From an uncultured Maribellus sp. (GTDB taxonomy: Bacteria; Bacteroidota; Bacteroidia; Bacteroidales; Prolixibacteraceae), in assembly GCA_964644015.1 (NCBI GenBank), contig CAZXVT010000004.1, positions 1-62,022 of the forward strand: a stretch of DNA of 62,022 nucleotides. The letters are read 5' to 3'. Each line of letters starts with the position of its first letter. Within the stretch, counting starts at the first letter, position 1. The position numbers and the translations under genes are program-made. Of this stretch, positions 1 to 9,371 are shown in pieces. The notes under the pieces are model-generated. The model was not told the origin of the DNA. It did no database searches and saw only the letters and a program-made list of their open reading frames with translations.

Positions 1-153
1 ATCAACCAGCGGAACATTGATTTTTTTATTCAACCTTTTGGCCAGATCCAATACTTCTTCCTGGGTCATTTTATTCCTTTTTTCAGGAACTGCATAAAAA
101 TCACTCAGAATCTTTTTGAATTCATCGGTGGTTAAATCAGCAAGTTTTGTCAT
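1..153 (-). CDS. Hypothetical protein, N-terminal part only (runs off the left edge)
   Basis: Manual translation from ATG at 153: MTKLADLTTDEFKKILSDFYAVPEKRNKMTQEEVLDLAKRLNKKINVPLVD, open to the window edge, with an A-rich upstream region typical of Bacteroidota starts. Confidence 0.65.
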   Translation of the reverse strand, partial: MTKLADLTTDEFKKILSDFYAVPEKRNKMTQEEVLDLAKRLNKKINVPLVD

Positions 154-248
154 AATAATTTTCTTTATCAGATAATAAAATTCATAAAGCACAAATATGT
201 AACTGAATAATATTCTTTTAATTATCAGTTAAGCAGTTGCAAATTACC

Positions 249-297
249 TCATTCACTCATTCACCCATTTACTCAATTACTCGTTCACACATTCACT
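249..297. repeat. Degenerate 8-bp tandem repeat (TCATTCAC-like, about 6 units)
   Basis: tcattcac tcattcac ccatttac tcaattac tcgttcac acattcac, directly after the stop of the 300..965 gene. Confidence 0.85.
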
Positions 298-299
298 TT

Positions 300-965
300 T
301 CAGGCCTGCAACAGCGACTCCAGTAAATCGCGGGTTTCAGCATTGTATATCCCGTTTATGGCAAGATTGGGTTTCCGGGTTTGCAGTTCTTTCACTCCTT
401 TTTCGGTCTTTTCACCAAAATCGCCATCCGATGTTCCCACATTAATTGAAAGAAGTTTCAGTGCATCCTGCAAAGCAACCACTGCCTGTCCTGAATTCCC
501 GCGTTTCAGTTCAGGATCGGGAATTACAACGCTTTTTGACGAGGTCAATCGCTGAAAAGCAAGAACCGTATCAACTCTGTAGGCCGAAACTGAAACCCTG
601 TTTCCTTGGTTGCCGCCCAAACAGTAAACACGTTTTTTGTCGATGGAGAAACCAATGAAGAATGCCACATGTCCTTTCCACGACTGCGGACTTTCGCGCC
701 AGAAAACCACCACATCTCCGGGTTCGGGCACAGTTACGCGTGTACCCACATTCAGCCACGACCGTGCGTTTGCTTTCCCCGATTTTTGCAATCCGGCTTT
801 GGTTGCAACCCAGTTAACAAAAGTACTGCACCAGGCTACTTCGTCGGTTGTAACACCGGTAATTCCGCTTTCTTTGGCATATTTTAAAACTTCCGGATTG
901 TTGCCGTCTCCCGCAATTTCCTCCGTTCCTAACTCTCCAAAAGCAATTTTTAACAGATTTTCCAT
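300..965 (-). CDS. TIGR02594-family (CHAP/NlpC-P60-like) putative peptidoglycan hydrolase with C-terminal peptidoglycan-binding domain
   Basis: Motifs DEVAWCSTFVNW, ARSW, PGDVVVFWR, GHVAFF and LGGNQ; C-terminal LKRG...V.ALQ..L...DG.FG..T...V..LQ PG_binding_1 pattern. Confidence 0.88.
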   Translation of the reverse strand: MENLLKIAFGELGTEEIAGDGNNPEVLKYAKESGITGVTTDEVAWCSTFVNWVATKAGLQKSGKANARSWLNVGTRVTVPEPGDVVVFWRESPQSWKGHVAFFIGFSIDKKRVYCLGGNQGNRVSVSAYRVDTVLAFQRLTSSKSVVIPDPELKRGNSGQAVVALQDALKLLSINVGTSDGDFGEKTEKGVKELQTRKPNLAINGIYNAETRDLLESLLQA

Positions 966-1153
966 AGTAATGAATTTTAAATGTTATTTATATAACCATC
1001 AGATAATCGAAATACTTAAATTATGACCGGATGATTTCGGGAATGATTGATACCCGAAATCGTGAAACTTTTATACTCGATATTTTCCGGCATTCAGGCA
1101 TTATTGCATTCACACATTTTCTTCCACAATCACCCACTTCCACAATCGCTCAA

Positions 1154-2728
1154 TTACTTTTTCGCCCCCAGAAATCTTTCCGGATTGACTTTTGCAATCA
1201 AATCGAAATCACCCCCAAAAGCTTCCCTGAAATCATCAAAATAATCTTGCATAGTGGGTCCAAAAAACTGTGTCAGAAAAAAGTCGGAACCATACAGTAT
1301 TTTTGATTTTTCATAATCGTTCAGTTTGTCGAAGAAGCTGGTTTTGAAGTTTTTAAGGTTTACTTTTATGCTGAAGGACAACTGGTTGCTGTTTGGTGTC
1401 TTTATTAAAGTTCCAACCGAAAAACAGGAAAGATCGGTAAACGCATTGGGATAAGCCGGATTTTTAATTAGATCGAAAATCGCTTTCGACCAGTTATCCG
1501 AAATTTCGGCGGCATAAATAATGTTCCAAATTTTTGCCCTTTCCGAAATTGTCAGGTTTTCTTTTAATAACATAAATCGGCCTTTTTTCTGAAATCCATT
1601 TCGCAATGCCGACTTTTGTTCGTCTGTCAGGTGTTGAATCCGGTCTTCAAAAATTACGGTTTCGATTTTTGTATCAATAATTTTGTAATTGATGTAATCC
1701 ATTATTTCGCCGCCACCGCCAAAATGTGCAAAATTGATTGTCAGAGTAGGGTATTTTTGCAGAACGAGGCTCCAAAGTTTCGGGTGATTCAGGTAACGCG
1801 CCCTTTCTTTAATGGCTTCGGCAGCTTTCAGTCCAAAAAAATCATGTTGAAATTTTACAACCTGGTTTATTGGCGTTACAATATTGTTGTGGTAAACATG
1901 TCCGCGAACCCTGAGAAATTTTGAAAAACAGGCAAATCCGGCGTTAGAATTGTGCACCGTAATCGGAATTTTGTTTTCAACACAAAACTCATAAACACCT
2001 TTTTGTTCAGATGTTCCCATCAAAACCGGGTCGGTGGGCGAAAAACCGGCAGGCGAATACAGTTTTACTCCCGCAAATTTTGCATTTTCACCCAACAGTT
2101 TTTCTTTCAGGAGTTCAATCGTGTTTGCTTGTCCGGTGTATTCCCTTCGCGGATCGACACTGAAAAATGGCCTGATATTTTTGTTTTTATTAGCCAGGTA
2201 TTCCAGTTCAGCTATTTGTTGTTCAAAATTTCCGTCATCAAAAAGTTCCATTTCTTTGGCTGATTTTTTCTCCAGGCTCTTGTGGAACTCCTTTACCGCA
2301 ACCTGTATATTATCAATGGCTTTCTGAAGCTCTTCGTTTTTGAATTTCCTTTTTGCCTTTGATTTAACAATGGGCATTAATAAGGTAAGCAACCAGATGA
2401 TTCTTTTGATCCGCTTTCTGTAACGTTTGTTTTTTGATTCATCCTGGTCGTTGTCATCGGCAAAAGTCAGGTCGAACATCAGCGGTGTGACCACCACCTG
2501 ATCGTTATAAACTTTATTCAGTGCATTAAAAACCTTTTCGCTGGTGTCTTCCGAAACTTCCGCCAGGGTTCGTGTAATTCCGTCGATTTTATACCGGAGG
2601 TCTTCTGCAGAGATTTCTTTGTCCAGCAAATCTTTGATCACTAAAACCGATTGCACCACATTGAATAATTTCCGGATAATTACATTCCGGTTAAAAATGT
2701 GGCAATGGATGTCATAATAATTACTCAT
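1154..2728 (-). CDS. Amidohydrolase-superfamily (Amidohydro_2-like) metal-dependent hydrolase with large insertions
   Basis: N-terminal DIHCH, then GVKLY, ITVH, NFAHFGG, AFTDLS and ILYGSDF motifs. Confidence 0.8.
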   Translation of the reverse strand: MSNYYDIHCHIFNRNVIIRKLFNVVQSVLVIKDLLDKEISAEDLRYKIDGITRTLAEVSEDTSEKVFNALNKVYNDQVVVTPLMFDLTFADDNDQDESKNKRYRKRIKRIIWLLTLLMPIVKSKAKRKFKNEELQKAIDNIQVAVKEFHKSLEKKSAKEMELFDDGNFEQQIAELEYLANKNKNIRPFFSVDPRREYTGQANTIELLKEKLLGENAKFAGVKLYSPAGFSPTDPVLMGTSEQKGVYEFCVENKIPITVHNSNAGFACFSKFLRVRGHVYHNNIVTPINQVVKFQHDFFGLKAAEAIKERARYLNHPKLWSLVLQKYPTLTINFAHFGGGGEIMDYINYKIIDTKIETVIFEDRIQHLTDEQKSALRNGFQKKGRFMLLKENLTISERAKIWNIIYAAEISDNWSKAIFDLIKNPAYPNAFTDLSCFSVGTLIKTPNSNQLSFSIKVNLKNFKTSFFDKLNDYEKSKILYGSDFFLTQFFGPTMQDYFDDFREAFGGDFDLIAKVNPERFLGAKK

Positions 2729-2886
2729 AGCAAATTTTAATGGTTATTCCTGATACAAGTTACAAAATGCACCCACGCGAATCAATAGGCTGTTTTGAGC
2801 GACGAAACTTCGGTTTTGGTTACCGTTTTAAAACGGATTTTTATATTTTCGAAAGGCAATCAGTTTTGCTCAACAAAATTCATTCT

Positions 2887-5499
2887 ATGAAAAAGTTTTT
2901 GATGACAACCGTCGTTTTTTCAATGTTATATTTGAATTTTCAGGTGTTTGCACAGGAGTTGAACTGGCCTGTTTCAACCGAAAATACAAAACCCTGGACA
3001 CGCTGGTGGTGGATGGACAATGGCGTTAACCGGTATAATATCAGCCGCGAATTACAGGAGATGGCCAGCGCCGGAATTGGCGGAGTTGAAATTACCTCAA
3101 TTTATGGAGTGAATGGAGAGGAGAAAAGGGTGATACCTTATTTATCGCAAGAGTTTGCTGATATTTTGAATTACACGATTGATGAGGCAACCCGTTTTGG
3201 AATGGGAGTTGACCTGCCTTCAGGCAGCGGATGGCGGAATGGTGGACCGTTTGTTACTGAAGACAAAGGATTGTGGTCGCTTAAAATGCAAAAAATGGCA
3301 GTGCAAAAAGGTCAGCAATGGATACTGCCTGAAGATTTGGGAGTTGTGGCCGCTGCATCGTTTGTTTCGGCTGATAAAAAAGTAAAAGTGATTGATGCGG
3401 CAGCACCATTTGTTGTTAGCGAAAACGGAACAATTTATTTGGCTGTGAGAGTAAAAAACGGAGACCTGGTAAAACGACCTTCGGTTGGAGGAGAGGGCAG
3501 GGCCATTGATACTTTTAACGAAGATATTACCAATTGGTATCTGGCCGAATTCTGGAAAAAACTGGGGGTTAACGAAGGAAAAATCCGCTGTTTTTTCCAT
3601 GATTCTTTTGAATATACCGGCGATTTCACCACCAATTTCACCACTGAATTTAAAAAACGGCGCGGCTACGATTTGTCTGAATATCTTTATGTTTTGGCCG
3701 GCGATTGCGACGATAAAGAACTCGAGGCGCGTGTGAAATCGGATTACCGCGAAACACTGGCCGACCTGGTGCTGGAATCGTTTATTCAACCCATGACGCA
3801 GTGGGCCAACAGCCACAAAAGCCTGAACCGGAACCAGGCACACGGTTCACCTGGAAACATCCTTGATTTATATGCCGCCAGTGATATTCCCGAAACCGAA
3901 ATTTTTCGTACTGTTGAACCCGGTAGTGCCGATATATTTGTAAACAAATTTGCTTCGTCGGCTGCACACATTACCGGTAAAAAACTGGTTTCTTCCGAAA
4001 GTTTTACCTGGCTCAATGAGCACTGGACAGTAACAACATCAGACATGGTGCGCGCCACCAACCGCTTTTTTCTGGCGGGCATCAACCATATGTTTTTTCA
4101 CGGAACCTGTTATTCTCCTGCCGACGCTGAATGGCCGGGATGGCTGTTTTACGCATCAACCCAAATTAACAATCGCAATCCACTGTGGCCCGAATTGCCT
4201 GCTTTGTTTCAGTACATTGCCCGCTCGCAATCCATTCTTCAACAGGCAAAACCCGAAACCGACCTGTTGATTTACTGGCCTTATTACGATGTGGCTGCCA
4301 TGGAAGGAAAATTGTTTAACCACATTGGTGTAAATCACGAAGCTGGCTGGTTTGTCGGGCACCCCATTTCAAAAACCTCAAAAGAGTTGCTGAATGCGGG
4401 TTACACTTTCGATTATATTTCGGATAAACTGCTGGCAAACTGCAAACCTGTAAATGGAGAAATTGTTACTGAAGGAAAAACAGTTTACAAAGCAATCGTT
4501 GTTCCCGAAACTGAATATATTTCGCTCGAAACCATTGAAAAACTGGTGGCTATGCAGGCTCAGGGTTGTAAAGTTTATTTCGATGGAAAACTGCCTGAAA
4601 AAGTTCCCGGTGCCTTCAATTTTGGTGAACGCGAGAAAAAACTGGCCGATTTGAACCGAAAAATTCAGACTGAAAAGTGGGTGGGAAATGTACCTGCAAA
4701 ACTGGTTACTAATGGAATTTCAGGTGAAAAATCGCTGGCTGAAAACGGTTTGTATTACCTGAAAATGAAGCTGAACGATGAGTATTGGTATCACATTTTT
4801 AATACAACAACCAAGGCAAAAGAGGCCTGGATTGAATTGAATGAAAAATCGTCGGCACCTGTTTTTTATGATGCAATGACAGGCAAAATCACCACCCCGC
4901 AAAAAAAAGGAAACCAGATTCGGTTGCAGCTTGAACCGGAACAGACCCTTTTTATCAGGTGTACCGGTAAAACCGAAAAAGCACCGGCTCATTTTTATGC
5001 TGAAAAGGAAACTAAACCGGTAAAAGCCGGTTCGTTATGGCGGATTTCGTTTTTAAATGGCGGCCCGGCTTATCCCGGGAATATTCAAACGGATGAACTG
5101 CTTTCGTGGACAAAAATGGGCGATATGGAAACCCGCCGTTTTGCCGGAACCGTGCGCTATCAAACCGAGTTCAACTGGGAAAAAGATGATAAAACTGCAG
5201 TACTCGACCTGGGAGTGGTTAAAGATTGTGCTCATGTTAAACTCAATGGTAAAGACTTCGGAACGCTTTTGGGACCAAATTTTAAAGTGGTGGTTGACAA
5301 TCTTGTACCCGGCAAAAACACACTTCAGATTGATGTTACCAATGTGGCTGCCAACCGAATCCGCGACCTCGACATCAACAAAATTGAGTGGAGGAAATTT
5401 AAAGACATCAACTTTGTAAATATCGACTACAAACCTTTTGAGGCCTCTGGCTGGGAAATCAGGGATGCAGGACTGCTGGGGCCTGTGATGCTGAGATAA
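2887..5499 (+). CDS. Glycoside hydrolase family 106 (alpha-L-rhamnosidase-like), secreted
   Basis: Signal peptide from MKKFLM (start moved from 2740 to 2887); KPWTRWWW, GIGGVEI, FHDSFE, QAHG, DIPETE and C-terminal GLLGPV motifs. Confidence 0.88.
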   Translation: MKKFLMTTVVFSMLYLNFQVFAQELNWPVSTENTKPWTRWWWMDNGVNRYNISRELQEMASAGIGGVEITSIYGVNGEEKRVIPYLSQEFADILNYTIDEATRFGMGVDLPSGSGWRNGGPFVTEDKGLWSLKMQKMAVQKGQQWILPEDLGVVAAASFVSADKKVKVIDAAAPFVVSENGTIYLAVRVKNGDLVKRPSVGGEGRAIDTFNEDITNWYLAEFWKKLGVNEGKIRCFFHDSFEYTGDFTTNFTTEFKKRRGYDLSEYLYVLAGDCDDKELEARVKSDYRETLADLVLESFIQPMTQWANSHKSLNRNQAHGSPGNILDLYAASDIPETEIFRTVEPGSADIFVNKFASSAAHITGKKLVSSESFTWLNEHWTVTTSDMVRATNRFFLAGINHMFFHGTCYSPADAEWPGWLFYASTQINNRNPLWPELPALFQYIARSQSILQQAKPETDLLIYWPYYDVAAMEGKLFNHIGVNHEAGWFVGHPISKTSKELLNAGYTFDYISDKLLANCKPVNGEIVTEGKTVYKAIVVPETEYISLETIEKLVAMQAQGCKVYFDGKLPEKVPGAFNFGEREKKLADLNRKIQTEKWVGNVPAKLVTNGISGEKSLAENGLYYLKMKLNDEYWYHIFNTTTKAKEAWIELNEKSSAPVFYDAMTGKITTPQKKGNQIRLQLEPEQTLFIRCTGKTEKAPAHFYAEKETKPVKAGSLWRISFLNGGPAYPGNIQTDELLSWTKMGDMETRRFAGTVRYQTEFNWEKDDKTAVLDLGVVKDCAHVKLNGKDFGTLLGPNFKVVVDNLVPGKNTLQIDVTNVAANRIRDLDINKIEWRKFKDINFVNIDYKPFEASGWEIRDAGLLGPVMLR

Positions 5500-5524
5500 A
5501 TCCGGGTTTATCATTCTGTCTTTA

Positions 5525-7024
5525 TTACTGAATCGTGTCGCGTGTACCCAAATACTTCAGAAAATAAAGCTGCAAATAAATGCCATCCTGCATTTTGCTG
5601 TCGCGCACGGTGTCCTTTTTCACCAGTTCCGAGTGCGACAAAATAAGGTCGAGATTTTGCATATTCAGTTCAAGTTCATGAAACCTGACCACACAAAATT
5701 CTTCCCCCGGTTGCAGAAATTCATCGGGCTGTTTAAACTGCTTAATATTGGTAAACGCATCAACATTTGACATTTCAGCTTTCAGCCAGTAATGCGTGAG
5801 CCCGGAGTTTCCGTTGTATTCGGCCAGCGGACCCGCTGTAACTTCAGTAATGTGCAGGATTTTTCTGATTTTGGGATAGTTGGTGGAAATGTGTTCAATA
5901 GTTTGCTTGTAGGGCCCGTAAGAAAACTGAAACCCTGAAACTGTTACCCGAATGCCCAGAAACAAAATGACGGCAGCCAAAACCCAGCGGGCCCAACGAA
6001 AAGGAAGAATATTCAGCAATAATGCAGGCGGGACTGCCAGCATGGTTACTATTGCCATCACATAACGCGAATACAAAATAGGTTGTGAAAACAACGAAAT
6101 AAGCGAAACCAACAGCAGCGTGCCGGCAAAAATGGTAACCGACAGCAAGAAAGCCAGCCGGTAAGGTGAGAAACGCTTTGTAAAACTAAGAATTATGGCG
6201 GCAGCCAGCAGCACGTACATCAGAATAACCAGGGTAGAGGAGAAACCGGAAGTCCAGAATTGCTCGGTAAACGGAATGGTAAAACAGGGGAGAAGTGTAT
6301 CCCAGCAAACCGGCGGTGCCCAGAAAGCATGTTGCACCTTTTTTACCTGGGTGAAAAACATGAGCAACCACGGCAGAAACAGCACTATTGCCAACAGCAT
6401 TGCAACAAAATGCAATCGCCACGTTTTGTTACCTGTGAAGAGCAGGTAAACGAATACAAACAGGTTGGCCACAAAAGCAGCAGCCAGACTGTAATAATGT
6501 ATATACATGGCAACAAGTGTAAAAATAAACAGCATTAGCAGGTCTCGTTTACTGCCGGTCCTGATAAAAAGCACAGCATACAAGAACACACCTGTAACCG
6601 AGAATGCTGCCCAGGTGTACATCCGGGCCTGGTGCGAATACATGGCTAACATTGGGAGTGCCAGCAGAATCAGGCAGAAGTACAAAGCGCCGTTTTTGCC
6701 AAAGACCCGCTGTCCTGCAAAATAACCCAGCAACAGCGCCGACAATACACCCAGTACCGAAAACAGCCGCATTGCAACCACATCTGTCCCCAAAATTATT
6801 GTAAACAGTCTTAATCCGAAATAGTACAAAGGCGGGTGCAAATCGTTGCTGAACCGTGCAAAGAATTCAGGCAAAGTACCACCCAGCATGGTTTTGGTAT
6901 AAACCTCGTCGCTCCACATATCGCTGAATCCCAGCTTGTACAAGTAAAAGGCTGTGGCAGCAACAAAAATCAACATAAAATGCAGCAGGGAATTACCGGA
7001 TATTTTTTGCAGAAAGTCCTTCAT
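5525..7024 (-). CDS. GT-C fold membrane glycosyltransferase (GT39/PMT/ArnT-like)
   Basis: Many TM segments; WSDE, DLHPPLYY, RLFS and ARMY motifs. Confidence 0.82.
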   Translation of the reverse strand: MKDFLQKISGNSLLHFMLIFVAATAFYLYKLGFSDMWSDEVYTKTMLGGTLPEFFARFSNDLHPPLYYFGLRLFTIILGTDVVAMRLFSVLGVLSALLLGYFAGQRVFGKNGALYFCLILLALPMLAMYSHQARMYTWAAFSVTGVFLYAVLFIRTGSKRDLLMLFIFTLVAMYIHYYSLAAAFVANLFVFVYLLFTGNKTWRLHFVAMLLAIVLFLPWLLMFFTQVKKVQHAFWAPPVCWDTLLPCFTIPFTEQFWTSGFSSTLVILMYVLLAAAIILSFTKRFSPYRLAFLLSVTIFAGTLLLVSLISLFSQPILYSRYVMAIVTMLAVPPALLLNILPFRWARWVLAAVILFLGIRVTVSGFQFSYGPYKQTIEHISTNYPKIRKILHITEVTAGPLAEYNGNSGLTHYWLKAEMSNVDAFTNIKQFKQPDEFLQPGEEFCVVRFHELELNMQNLDLILSHSELVKKDTVRDSKMQDGIYLQLYFLKYLGTRDTIQ

Positions 7025-7272
7025 CGGCTTAGTTTTTGGTTTTTATATGAACATGCAATTTACAACCCGAAAAGTTAGCAAATCGTTTTGGAAACAGGGA
7101 AGATTAATAAGTTAATTTTCAGAGTAGTATCCTGTCAGTTACACAATTTGAATATCAGATTTCTGAGAGGAGAAACCGTTGGTTAAAGAAAACAGCAAAA
7201 CAATAATCGCAGCTTCCTTTCGCTTCATGTCCGACTGGTTTGGTCTGGTGTGTAGCAGTCGGTTTGGCTGGG

Positions 7273-8694
7273 CTACAATGTCATTCTATTTCTTTTTACA
7301 TAAACCAAAAAACCAACAAAAGCTGCTACTGTAATAACTCCTCCAATTGTGTAGGCAATTTCTTTGGAAAGCGCAAATCCTTCGGGGGCAAAAAGCAGGT
7401 AGGTTGATGTCACTGCTGTCATAAAAAGTGCGGGGATGAGCGTAATAATGTACAGCCGTTTTTCATTGGCAAGATAAACTGTAATTGTCCATAACACAAT
7501 AACCGCCAGTGTTTGGTTCGACCAGGCAAAGTACCGCCAGATAACCGCGAAATCGACTTGTGTAAGAATCAAACCAACAGCGAAAAGCGGAATACTCACA
7601 AACAGCCGGTTTTTAATGGGGCCTTGTTCGTATTTCAGAAAGTCGGCCACAATAAGCCGCGCGCTGCGGAATGCTGTATCGCCAGAAGTGATTGGCGCCG
7701 CCACCACACCCAACAATGCAAGCGCTCCGCCAAATTTACCCAGCAGCGAGTTGGAAATTTCGTTTACAATAAAAGCAGCATTTCCGCTGTGTTCATTCAT
7801 TATTGTGTTCAGGTGCTCCACACCACCGTAAAAACTCATCCCGATGGCTGCCCATATTAATGCAACAACACCTTCGGATACCATTGCACCGTAAAACACG
7901 CGCCGACCTAGCCTTTCATTGGTTATGCAGCGCGCCATCAGCGGCGATTGTGTGGCATGAAATCCCGAAATAGCGCCACAGGCAATGGTGATAAAAAGCA
8001 TGGGAAATATGGGAAATTTATCCGCATCGGAATGAAGGTTGTTTAATGTCAGTTCCGGAATTTTATATCCTTTTACAAAAAGGGCGGTACTTAGCCCGAC
8101 GGCCATAAATAGAAGTGCAAAACCAAAGACCGGGTAAATTTTACCAATTATTTTGTCGATGGGAAGCATGGTTGCCAACACATAATAGATAAAAACCACT
8201 ACCGCCCAGAAAGTCATGGTCGCCCAATCGGGTGTAAGTGTTGCCAGTATTTTAGCAGGGCCCATAATAAAAACAGCGCCTACCAGTACCATCAGAATTA
8301 CCGTGAAACCCCGCATGAACTGTTTTACGCCTTTCCCCAGGTAAATCCCGGTTATTTCGGTAATACTCAAGCCTTTGTGATGAATGGATAGCATTCCTGA
8401 AAAATAGTCGTGCACGGCACCGGCAAACACGGTTCCGAGCACAATCCACAAAAAAGCCACCGGCCCCCACATAGCGCCGGCAACCGCTCCGAAAATGGGA
8501 CCAAGACCGGCAATATTCAGAAATTGAATCAGAAAAATCCGCCACCAGGGAAGCGGAACATAATCCACACCGTCGGTCATAGTGAGTGCCGGAGTTTTGC
8601 GGCTGCCATCCACATCGGCAAAACGCTCGATAAATTTCGAATAAAATAGAAATCCGAGAATTAATATGGCCAGTCCTGAAAAAAAAGTAATCAT
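7273..8694 (-). CDS. cstA: Carbon starvation protein A family peptide/pyruvate transporter
   Basis: DGVDYVP, IAGLGPIFG, GAVHDY, ITIACGAISGFHA, ITSGDTAFR and FAWSNQ motifs. Confidence 0.93.
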   Translation of the reverse strand: MITFFSGLAILILGFLFYSKFIERFADVDGSRKTPALTMTDGVDYVPLPWWRIFLIQFLNIAGLGPIFGAVAGAMWGPVAFLWIVLGTVFAGAVHDYFSGMLSIHHKGLSITEITGIYLGKGVKQFMRGFTVILMVLVGAVFIMGPAKILATLTPDWATMTFWAVVVFIYYVLATMLPIDKIIGKIYPVFGFALLFMAVGLSTALFVKGYKIPELTLNNLHSDADKFPIFPMLFITIACGAISGFHATQSPLMARCITNERLGRRVFYGAMVSEGVVALIWAAIGMSFYGGVEHLNTIMNEHSGNAAFIVNEISNSLLGKFGGALALLGVVAAPITSGDTAFRSARLIVADFLKYEQGPIKNRLFVSIPLFAVGLILTQVDFAVIWRYFAWSNQTLAVIVLWTITVYLANEKRLYIITLIPALFMTAVTSTYLLFAPEGFALSKEIAYTIGGVITVAAFVGFLVYVKRNRMTL

Positions 8695-8957
8695 AGGCTG
8701 AATTTATGGTCCGTTAATTTAGAACTTTTTACTTCACTGAAATCATTGGTTTCAGAAAAAAACTATGCTTTTAAAGCAGGGTGCGGGTCACTGGTTATGT
8801 TACAGGGAGGTGGTTGCGTGAAATTATTACTACGGGTTTTAGCCAAACAACTTCATCTTCATTGCAAAAGCAGGATAGAATGGGATTTTAAATCCTGTCG
8901 ATTGCAGTACGGTTACAATCCTAATAACCGGAGCGGTGTGGGAAGTGATTAACAAGA

Positions 8958-9197
8958 TCAATGAGAATTCCTCAGAGTCAACATCTTATTTCTAAGAAAA
9001 GTCTGTAACCGTATAATAAGAGCTTTACCATTTTTTTTCAGATAGTCGATTACTTCAAAAAATCCTGCAACTAATAGAAGGAATCCGACTATGATCAAAA
9101 CGAATTCGTGTTCGTCACTTGCCAGCCCGGCTTTTGCGAAAGCCTGATAGGAAAATGCAACCAGGAACAACCCACAAATGAACATGATCTTTTTCAT
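8958..9197 (-). CDS. Small hypothetical membrane protein
   Basis: 79-aa ORF with a signal-like N-terminus (MKKIMF...AFA) and one further TM helix; fills an intergenic gap. Confidence 0.6.
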   Translation of the reverse strand: MKKIMFICGLFLVAFSYQAFAKAGLASDEHEFVLIIVGFLLLVAGFFEVIDYLKKNGKALIIRLQTFLRNKMLTLRNSH

Positions 9198-9305
9198 TTC
9201 TCCATTTTTAAATCACAGATAAAGTTATTTAATATTTTTGCCAATCGCATCAAATATTTAATCTTTTAAAAATGCCTGGCAAATGTCATTTAGTTTGCAG
9301 AAACA

Positions 9306-9333
9306 CTCTTCGACCTCGTTCAGTTTGACGGTC
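9306..9333. repeat. Degenerate REP-like half element (CTTCGAC..CGTTCAG)
   Basis: cttcgacctcgttcagtttgac resembles the left arm of the element at 33118-33168. Confidence 0.45.
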
Positions 9334-9371
9334 AAAACTAACGGAATCGAAAGTTAAAAATCCTTTCCAAT

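Noticed and set aside
300-965. Prophage call from the endolysin-like gene
   Set aside because: No structural, terminase, integrase or clear holin genes are visible in the window.
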